This document shows, one piece after another, positions 26,660 to 32,312 of a stretch of 32,355 bases of DNA; the stretch's first letter is position 1, and every line of letters starts with the position of its first letter. The DNA is from an uncultured virus (IMG/VR IMGVR_UViG_3300005440_000007). Its lineage: Duplodnaviria > Heunggongvirae > Uroviricota > Caudoviricetes. The notes below the pieces were generated by a model, which saw nothing but the letters and a program-made list of their open reading frames with translations, made no database searches and had not been told where the DNA came from. Position numbers and translations under genes: made by a program. The stretch lies in the IMG/VR virus record IMGVR_UViG_3300005440_000007. One strand, written 5' to 3'.

Positions 26660-26752
26660 GGGCGCTGGTCCGCTCGGCGGTCTGTAAAACCGTTGTCCAA
26701 AAATAAGAGCGGCGGTCAAGGACGAGAGGTTCAACTCCTCCAGCTCCCACCA
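26660..26752 (+). tRNA. tRNA-Tyr(GTA), atypical (no D arm, enlarged variable region)
   Basis: GCGGT-CTGTAAA-ACCGT anticodon arm, GAGG-TTCAACT-CCTC T arm, A73-CCA. Confidence 0.7.
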
Positions 26753-26753
26753 T

Positions 26754-26832
26754 TGCCCGGCACTCTGTACTGGTATCGGAGCTCCGCCTTTGAAGCGGGT
26801 GGGTGAAGGTTCGATTCCTTCCCGGGCAACCA
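26754..26832 (+). tRNA. tRNA-Gln(TTG)
   Basis: cloverleaf, U1-A72, CCA. Confidence 0.88.
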
Positions 26833-26841
26833 GAAAAATTT

Positions 26842-26915
26842 CGGGGTGTAGCACAACGGTAGTGCGCCTCTTTGCCAAGGAGGAGACGCCGGTTCGACAC
26901 CGGTCACCCCGTCCA
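26842..26915 (+). tRNA. tRNA-Gly(GCC)
   Basis: cloverleaf, U73, CCA. Confidence 0.92.
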
Positions 26916-26939
26916 ATATTTGGGCTATACTTCTGTTGG

Positions 26940-27179
26940 ATGAAGATGTTCCTCGCCGCCGTCTTGGCCCTTTCAGGATGTGCGGCTCCGGCGGGGAACA
27001 CGATCGACGCCACGATCCGAAACGACACTCCTATCCCATTCGTGGTGAAGGTCTCGACTCCCTGGGGACAGACGAGCGTCGTCATCGCTCCCGGCACAAC
27101 CTGGTCGGGCCAGGTGGATCGGCGTATGATCCCATCTCGGGTCTCGCTCGTCGTTGAACTTCCTTCCGCGCAGAAGTAG
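26940..27179 (+). CDS. small lipoprotein
   Basis: MKMFLAAVLALSG-C lipobox; TATACT 8 nt upstream. Confidence 0.75.
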   Translation: MKMFLAAVLALSGCAAPAGNTIDATIRNDTPIPFVVKVSTPWGQTSVVIAPGTTWSGQVDRRMIPSRVSLVVELPSAQK

Positions 27180-27188
27180 CCCTCATTC

Positions 27189-27263
27189 CGGCGTGTAGCT
27201 CAAAAGTAAGAGCAGTCGGCCGATAACCGACAGACAGTGGAGCGTTACCACTCACGCCGACCA
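27189..27263 (+). tRNA. tRNA-Ile(GAT)
   Basis: cloverleaf, C33, T-loop AGCGTTA, CCA. Confidence 0.85.
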
Positions 27264-27269
27264 ATATTC

Positions 27270-27343
27270 GGGGCCAAAGTGTTGCGGCGGCACGGTCGGC
27301 TGTGACCCGGCCAGGGTGGGTTCGACTCCCACTGGTCCCTCCA
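27270..27343 (+). tRNA. tRNA-His(GTG)
   Basis: cloverleaf, CCA; lacks G-1:C73. Confidence 0.87.
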
Positions 27344-27364
27344 AGATTCGATGTACAATCTGGT

Positions 27365-27574
27365 ATGCCTCAGATCGAGCAGTCCTGGAGAAACGAAAGC
27401 CGGGCCTGGAGGTGGCTTTCCAGGATCCTGTGCTTCTTCGGACTTCATCACTGGGTCTGGAGCACCACGCTCAAGGCAGCAATCGCCTGCGCGGTGTGCC
27501 CGAAGAAGACGAAGCATTGGCAGGAGTATCGCCGCAGGTCGGCGGAGGGGATGAGAAGAAGCTTTGATCCATGA
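27365..27574 (+). CDS. small Cys/His protein
   Basis: LCFFGLHHW...CAVC; TACAAT 5 nt upstream. Confidence 0.55.
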   Translation: MPQIEQSWRNESRAWRWLSRILCFFGLHHWVWSTTLKAAIACAVCPKKTKHWQEYRRRSAEGMRRSFDP

Positions 27575-27648
27575 CGGGCTCAGGGGTAGACAGCGACCCG
27601 CCTGCTTGGGGTGCAGGAGTAAGCGCGGTGCAAGTCCGCGGAGCCCGA
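27575..27648 (+). tRNA. tRNA-Pro(GGG), CCA not encoded
   Basis: cloverleaf, C1-G72, A73. Confidence 0.85.
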
Positions 27649-27657
27649 TAAATTTGA

Positions 27658-27958
27658 GAAGCGTTCGGTCTGTTGGTGCAAGTCGAAGCGATCACGGCGC
27701 GAAACGACCCACGTAAGTCTCCATGTCCTCAAGCCGCCTCGGAGGACGAAGGAGTGGCAGGGCCTCCAGGTCCGCTATTCGACCACATGCCTTTTGGAGA
27801 TGATCATGGCCGGGCCGGGGAAGCGAAGAGCTTCCAAGATTTGTGTCAGTCCTGCCGCGAGAGCGAGAGACGCCATAAAGGGAGCGCGGGCTCTGAAGTA
27901 CCGGCTAAAGCGTCCAGCAGGCGAGTGTGGGGGCTAAACCAAGGTCAGCGAACGCTTC
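27658..27958 (+). ncRNA. raiA-motif-like structured ncRNA
   Basis: terminal stem GAAGCGTTCG/CGAACGCTTC; blocks AAGTCGA..AAACGACCCACGTAAG, AGTCCTGCCGC..GCGAGAG, CCAGCAGGCGAGTGTGGGG..AGGTCA match my recollection of the raiA motif in order (not checked against a model). Confidence 0.8.
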
Positions 27959-27962
27959 ACTT

Positions 27963-28036
27963 GGGCGCGTAGGATAACAGAAGACCGCCTGCGTGACATG
28001 CAGGAGGAGCTGGTGCGACTCCAGCCGTGCCCACCA
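27963..28036 (+). tRNA. tRNA-Val(GAC)
   Basis: cloverleaf with weak D stem, CCA. Confidence 0.85.
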
Positions 28037-28054
28037 ATTTTGTAAGATGATTCC

Positions 28055-28252
28055 ATGAGCCGAAAGGAAGAAATCCTCAGGAGAGCCGAAGAGCTCCGGC
28101 GCCAGGAGAAGACGTCGAGGAAACCTCCCGACAGCCCATACGATGGAAGAGGGATGGTGTCGCGAATGCCGCTCGGCTGCTGGATCTGGATCCTGGGGCT
28201 TGCAGCGCTCGTTCTTTACGCCTTCAGTCGGTTCGTCGTCGGTGTACACTGA
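28055..28252 (+). CDS. small single-TM protein
   Basis: charged N-terminus, C-terminal hydrophobic helix; TAAGAT 6 nt upstream. Confidence 0.6.
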   Translation: MSRKEEILRRAEELRRQEKTSRKPPDSPYDGRGMVSRMPLGCWIWILGLAALVLYAFSRFVVGVH

Positions 28253-28364
28253 AATCGACCGGATCACCTGGACCCCTAACTCTGGTGGCGGGGTTCGGGT
28301 CGGCAAGGATCGAGGGTGTGCGCCTTCGCGAGGGGCTGACCCGGACCCCGCTCCCGATTTTCCC

Positions 28365-28440
28365 GCCGGCGTAGTTTAGCAGCTCTGAATGCGGCATTGG
28401 TAATGCCGAGGTGCGGGGGCAGCACCCGCCGCCGGCTCCA
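28365..28440 (+). tRNA. tRNA-Thr(GGT)
   Basis: cloverleaf, T-loop GGCAGCA, CCA. Confidence 0.87.
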
Positions 28441-28506
28441 AAAATAAAAAAGCCCAGGCTACGCACCTGGGCCTCGGGCGGGTCTAGTGATCGGATTGTA
28501 GCACAT

Positions 28507-28581
28507 GCTGGCGTAGCTCAACAGCAGAGCCCCCGCCTTGTAAGCGGACAGATGCCGGTGCAAGACCGGTCGCCAGCTCCA
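28507..28581 (+). tRNA. tRNA-Thr(TGT)
   Basis: cloverleaf, CCA. Confidence 0.88.
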
Positions 28582-28657
28582 AAATAATAAAGCCCGGAGA
28601 AACAGGACTTCTGCCCTCCGGGCCATGTGCGGTATGTGTCAGAAAGATTCTACACGA

Positions 28658-28732
28658 GCCAGTCTCGTCCAACAAGAAGGACGTCGGTTTCATAAGCCGA
28701 AGATAGCGGGGCAGATCCGCTGGCTGGCACCA
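28658..28732 (+). tRNA. tRNA-Met(CAT), elongator-like
   Basis: cloverleaf, loop TTCATAA, T-loop GGCAGAT, CCA. Confidence 0.82.
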
Positions 28733-28738
28733 AAGCTT

Positions 28739-28830
28739 GGAGGGTTTGGTACATCGGCAGGTCCGCTCCGCTCGAACCGGAGTAGGTCTCGAAAGGGGCC
28801 TTGGGCGTTCAACTCGCCCACCCTCCTCCA
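28739..28830 (+). tRNA. tRNA-Ser(CGA)
   Basis: long variable arm, GGAG acceptor, CCA. Confidence 0.87.
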
Positions 28831-28908
28831 AAAAAATTCGAGCCCAGGCGAAGTGCCTGGGCTCGGGAGAGGGAAACGCCTTTCGAAGGCTGAGAAATTC
28901 TACCACAT

Positions 28909-28998
28909 GGAGACGAAGGCAGTCAGCGTGCCGCACCGGCTTGAACCCGGTTGCCCGGCTCGTCCGGGTCGCGCGTGCAACTCGCGCCGTCTCCTCCA
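28909..28998 (+). tRNA. tRNA-Ser(TGA)
   Basis: long variable arm, CCA. Confidence 0.87.
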
Positions 28999-29006
28999 AG
29001 TTTCAT

Positions 29007-29097
29007 GGAGGCGTTGGGCATAGGCAAGCCCACTTCGTTGGAAGCGAAGGGCCGACGATTCGTTGGCTTGCAGGTTCGACTCCTGCCGTCTCCGCCA
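29007..29097 (+). tRNA. tRNA-Ser(GGA)
   Basis: long variable arm, G73, CCA. Confidence 0.92.
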
Positions 29098-29098
29098 T

Positions 29099-29185
29099 GG
29101 AAGAGTACGGCTAATTGGTAAGCCACCGTGTTGCTAACGCGGCGCCCTCACAGGCTTGTGGGTTCGAGTCCCACCTCTTCCGCCA
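29099..29185 (+). tRNA. tRNA-Ser(GCT)
   Basis: long variable arm, G73, CCA. Confidence 0.93.
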
Positions 29186-29262
29186 ATCTTGAAAGTCACC
29201 AGTCGTTCGACCAGGCCAGGATAGCGTGCCCAGCACGACGGCTCTGGATCGGCGACGATCGG

Positions 29263-29337
29263 TGCGGGACAGAAGGCCGGGCCTCGACGGGTTTCATAAG
29301 CCTGTTACTGCGTGTTCAACTCACGGTCCCGCTACCA
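29263..29337 (+). tRNA. atypical tRNA with CAT anticodon (Met/fMet-like)
   Basis: T.GCGGGAC/GTCCCGC.T acceptor, tiny D loop, loop TTCATAA, 4-bp T stem with TTCAACT, CCA. Confidence 0.7.
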
Positions 29338-29338
29338 T

Positions 29339-29413
29339 GCACCGTTGGCGAAATGGGAACGCGGCCGCCTGCAAAGCGGTCATGACCGGGCTCGATCCCC
29401 GGACGGTGCTCCA
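29339..29413 (+). tRNA. tRNA-Cys(GCA)
   Basis: cloverleaf, U73, CCA. Confidence 0.88.
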
Positions 29414-29443
29414 AGCTTCTTCCATGATCGGATTGGGAGCGTT

Positions 29444-29737
29444 ATGATGACGCTCATGACAGCCAAGTTCGCGGCCAATCCATTCCAGGGCGTTTCGTTC
29501 GGCCTGGACCACTCCTTCATGTACCGCCAGGAGGATCCGGAGCACTGGATCGTCTACCAGAGGAAAGACGGCCTCATCGTCGCGTCCTTCGACGGAACCG
29601 AAGCATTTCCGGGAACATCCCAGAATCTCGATCAGTCGCAGAGAAAATTCTGGGCCCAGGAGCTCGCGTACCGGGAATGCATTCGGAGGAATTCCCCTGC
29701 GGCCCCGGATCTCGCGGCGATCGACACCACGCCATAG
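29444..29737 (+). CDS. hypothetical protein
   Basis: GGGAG SD; fills the gap between tRNAs. Confidence 0.6.
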   Translation: MMTLMTAKFAANPFQGVSFGLDHSFMYRQEDPEHWIVYQRKDGLIVASFDGTEAFPGTSQNLDQSQRKFWAQELAYRECIRRNSPAAPDLAAIDTTP

Positions 29738-29753
29738 CAGAAACTTCATCCAG

Positions 29754-29829
29754 GCCGGTGTAGCTCATTCAGCAGAGCGCCGAGTTCGTAACTCGGAGGC
29801 GGCGAGGGCAGAGCTCGCCACCGGCTCCA
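29754..29829 (+). tRNA. tRNA-Thr(CGT)
   Basis: cloverleaf, T-loop GGCAGAG, CCA. Confidence 0.87.
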
Positions 29830-29830
29830 T

Positions 29831-29905
29831 TCCGGGATCAGCTCAACGGTAAGCTGCTCGGTTGTTACCCGAGTCATGGGGGTTCGAATCCCTCTCCCGG
29901 AGCCA
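29831..29905 (+). tRNA. tRNA-Asn(GTT)
   Basis: cloverleaf, U1-A72, G73, CCA. Confidence 0.92.
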
Positions 29906-29910
29906 ATCTT

Positions 29911-29985
29911 GCCCCTGTCGCGTAACAGACAGCGCGCCGAGCTTCTACCTCGGAAGTGCGGGTGCAATTCCTGCCGGGGGTACCA
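29911..29985 (+). tRNA. tRNA-Arg(TCT)
   Basis: cloverleaf, CCA. Confidence 0.88.
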
Positions 29986-29986
29986 T

Positions 29987-30060
29987 GGCCTCATCGACTA
30001 TGAGTAGGTCGGCACCCTCTCAAGGTGCAGGAGCGAGTGCGAATCTCGCTGAGGCTACCA
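29987..30060 (+). tRNA. tRNA-Glu(CTC)
   Basis: cloverleaf, CCA. Confidence 0.9.
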
Positions 30061-30065
30061 ATCTT

Positions 30066-30140
30066 GGGCCGCTCGTCTACGAGTTAGGATCTCCGGTTTT
30101 CACCCGGAGGGACAGGGTGCGAGTCCCTGGCGGCCTGCCA
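30066..30140 (+). tRNA. tRNA-Glu(TTC)
   Basis: cloverleaf, CCA. Confidence 0.9.
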
Positions 30141-30143
30141 ATT

Positions 30144-30644
30144 TTAGCTGAAGATCGCGTAGAGCGCGGCCGCGATCCCGACGGCGCCAAGAGCGTATGG
30201 CGCAGCTTCTTCGATCGTCGTCTTCTTCTCCTCGCTTGCCTGGAACTCAAAGGCAGCTTCCGGAGGAGTGGTCGGCGGATAGTAGTAGATCGGCGGGTAG
30301 TACGGGAAGTAGTAGATCGGCGGCCGCGGGCGAGGCGGGCACGAGGCGGGTTCCTTCTTGTAGGTGATCGTCCCGTCCGGCTGCTTGCATTCGAAGAGCT
30401 GGAGGCAGGATCCGTTCTCCCTGAAGGGAACTCCGAGGCGCTTGCAGTCTGCTGGGGGAGGAGGGGGCGGAGGAAGCGGTTCCGGTTCAGGTTCCAGAGC
30501 GGGCTCCGGCGCGGGCTCGGGTTCCGGCATCGGTGCCGGTTCCGGAGGAAGCACGTCGGGGAGAGGGCCATTCTGGCCCATGCGGGCGCGCGTGAACGGG
30601 GATCCCTGGAACGGGAGCTGTCTCAAGAAGGTCTTCTGGAACAT
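30144..30644 (-). CDS. Pro-rich protein with C-terminal transmembrane anchor
   Basis: AAAGGAG SD; RARMGQNG, PEP repeats, 4-Cys mini domain, PPIYY repeats, terminal helix YALGAVGIAAALYAIFS. Confidence 0.8.
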   Translation of the reverse strand: MFQKTFLRQLPFQGSPFTRARMGQNGPLPDVLPPEPAPMPEPEPAPEPALEPEPEPLPPPPPPPADCKRLGVPFRENGSCLQLFECKQPDGTITYKKEPASCPPRPRPPIYYFPYYPPIYYYPPTTPPEAAFEFQASEEKKTTIEEAAPYALGAVGIAAALYAIFS

Positions 30645-30710
30645 TCCGCTCTCCTTTCGGGCTTCAGGAAGAATTATAGCCACAACCTGGCTTCTAAAAA
30701 ACAGAGATCT

Positions 30711-30784
30711 GCCTCCGTAGATCAACAGCAGATGACCCGGCTTTTACCCGGGGGATGAAGGTGCGAATCCTTCCGGAGGCACCA
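30711..30784 (+). tRNA. tRNA-Lys(TTT)
   Basis: cloverleaf, CCA. Confidence 0.9.
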
Positions 30785-30792
30785 GAAAATTC

Positions 30793-30866
30793 GGGAGCGT
30801 AGTTCAACAGCAGAAGACCCGGCTCTTACCCGGGGGATGAGGGTGCAACTCCCTCCGCTCCCACCA
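30793..30866 (+). tRNA. tRNA-Lys(CTT)
   Basis: cloverleaf, CCA. Confidence 0.9.
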
Positions 30867-30874
30867 AACTTCAA

Positions 30875-30951
30875 GCCGCCGTGGCGCAACCAGCAGACGC
30901 GCTCGTTTCAAAAACGAGATCTTGCGGGTGCGAGTCCCGCCGGCGGCACCA
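30875..30951 (+). tRNA. tRNA-Leu(CAA), short variable loop
   Basis: cloverleaf, A73, CCA. Confidence 0.88.
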
Positions 30952-30955
30952 TCCT

Positions 30956-31031
30956 GGGCCCGTGGCGGAACAGCATACGCGCTCGCCTTAGGAGCGAGAT
31001 TTTGGGGGTGCAAATCCCTCCGGGCCTACCA
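30956..31031 (+). tRNA. tRNA-Leu(TAG), short variable loop
   Basis: cloverleaf, A73, CCA. Confidence 0.88.
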
Positions 31032-31037
31032 AAATTC

Positions 31038-31114
31038 GCGGCTGTGATGCAACTGGCAGACATCTTCGGCTCAGAACCGGAGTCCTGGAGGTTCGAATCC
31101 TCTCGGCCGCACCA
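31038..31114 (+). tRNA. tRNA-Leu(CAG), short variable loop
   Basis: cloverleaf, A73, CCA. Confidence 0.9.
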
Positions 31115-31121
31115 AAGATTT

Positions 31122-31195
31122 GCCCCGCTATTTCAACAGTAGAATGCCTGTCTCACATACAGGTGATGGGGGTGCAACTCCCTCGCGGGGTACCA
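31122..31195 (+). tRNA. tRNA-Val(CAC)
   Basis: cloverleaf, CCA. Confidence 0.88.
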
Positions 31196-31334
31196 AAAAA
31201 TTTACGAGGCCGCGAAGATCTGGCGATCTCCGCGGCCTCAGGCAGGGACCCGTTGCCCCTCTCTCCGGGAACTGGGGAGAATATGTTGTCACCATGGATT
31301 CAGAATCGTGAAAAATGTTACTCGAAAAATATTT

Positions 31335-31412
31335 GCCCGTGTAGACCAACTGGCAGGAGTCACGACGCTGAGAACGTCGGTAGTGGAGGTTCGAATCCTC
31401 TCGCGGGCACCA
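31335..31412 (+). tRNA. tRNA-Leu(GAG), short variable loop
   Basis: cloverleaf, A73, CCA. Confidence 0.9.
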
Positions 31413-31420
31413 AACTTCAT

Positions 31421-31497
31421 CGGGGCGTAGGGTAGCGGCTTAACCCGCCTGTTTCGGATACAGGAAATCGCGTGTTCAAATCACGCCGCCCCGACCA
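31421..31497 (+). tRNA. tRNA-Pro(CGG)
   Basis: cloverleaf, C1-G72, CCA. Confidence 0.93.
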
Positions 31498-31545
31498 TTT
31501 TTTTTGATTCTTGAAAGCCTTCAGATACCGTGATAGGCTTGAGCT

Positions 31546-32127
31546 GTGTTCGAGCCTATCTTTCCGGGGGCCACAATTCCTATCCGTTCAGTAATTCTTG
31601 GCCAATCGGATCCACGCGATCCAGAGTATTGGCGAAAAGCTCTGGAGAGATTTAAGGAAGATAAAAAGGAACTGGAGGAATTCTACGGGCCTAGAAGCCC
31701 GGAGCAAGAAAAGCTGCTTGAGTATTACCGCGATATGATACCCAGGGTAGAATCATTTCTTCAGACCGGATGGTGGCCTCCATTTCCAGGGACACCCGGC
31801 CGTAGCAAGGCTCTTCCTGGCGGTGGAGTTCTGATGCTACCTCCATTTGAGTCGCTCACGGCTCCTGAAACTCCTCCACCTCCCCCTCCACCACTGCCTG
31901 TGCCTAGCGGTGGGATAACCAGGAGAGGAATAATAGATCGGCCGGACGTTGCCACGACTATGTGTCCTCAGGGGCAATTCTGGGACGGCCAGAGATGTCG
32001 TGGAAGCGTTTCGTCATTCGGTGCCTTTGGTGGGCTTGCCCTTCAGCCTGGCGGCGGTGCAACAACGTTCACCATGGGTAGTATTCCGCTTGTCCGCGGC
32101 ATTGGCACCCGTGCGCTTGGCTTGTAG
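31546..32127 (+). CDS. Pro-rich hypothetical protein with LG-motif leader
   Basis: TTGAAA-17-TAGGCT 6 nt before GTG; RSVILGQ, poly-Pro, CPQGQFWDGQRC; architecture like ORF 23235. Confidence 0.7.
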   Translation: MFEPIFPGATIPIRSVILGQSDPRDPEYWRKALERFKEDKKELEEFYGPRSPEQEKLLEYYRDMIPRVESFLQTGWWPPFPGTPGRSKALPGGGVLMLPPFESLTAPETPPPPPPPLPVPSGGITRRGIIDRPDVATTMCPQGQFWDGQRCRGSVSSFGAFGGLALQPGGGATTFTMGSIPLVRGIGTRALGL

Positions 32128-32151
32128 ACGGTAGAAACGTCAAATCTTCTC

Positions 32152-32227
32152 GGGCCGTTAGCTCAACGGCAAAGAGCGAGCGTCTCATAAACGCCTGACG
32201 CGAGATCGACACTCGCACGGCCCACCA
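32152..32227 (+). tRNA. tRNA with CAT anticodon, probably Ile2 (lysidine type)
   Basis: GGGCC acceptor, CTCATAA loop, T-loop ATCGACA, CCA; Ile2 versus Met is inferred. Confidence 0.8.
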
Positions 32228-32235
32228 AACATCAA

Positions 32236-32311
32236 CAGGCTCAAGGGTAGATAGCGACCCGCCTGCCTTGGAAGCAGGAGCAGCGGCGTGCAAGTCGCCG
32301 GAGCCTGACCA
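32236..32311 (+). tRNA. tRNA-Pro(TGG)
   Basis: cloverleaf, C1-G72, CCA. Confidence 0.88.
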
Positions 32312-32312
32312 C

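Noticed and set aside
27658..27958. tmRNA, RNase P RNA or 6S RNA
   Set aside because: No tRNA-Ala-like ends or tag ORF, no GAGGAAAGUCC motif, and multi-branched rather than rod-like; the conserved blocks fit the raiA motif better.
28658..29337. Possible opal-suppressor or Sec tRNAs (TTTCATAA contains TCA) at 28658 and 29263
   Set aside because: The stems close a 7-nt loop TTCATAA centred on CAT, and there is no long Sec variable arm.
30450..30550. GGTTCCGG-type short tandem repeats
   Set aside because: Explained by Pro-Glu repeats of the minus-strand protein.
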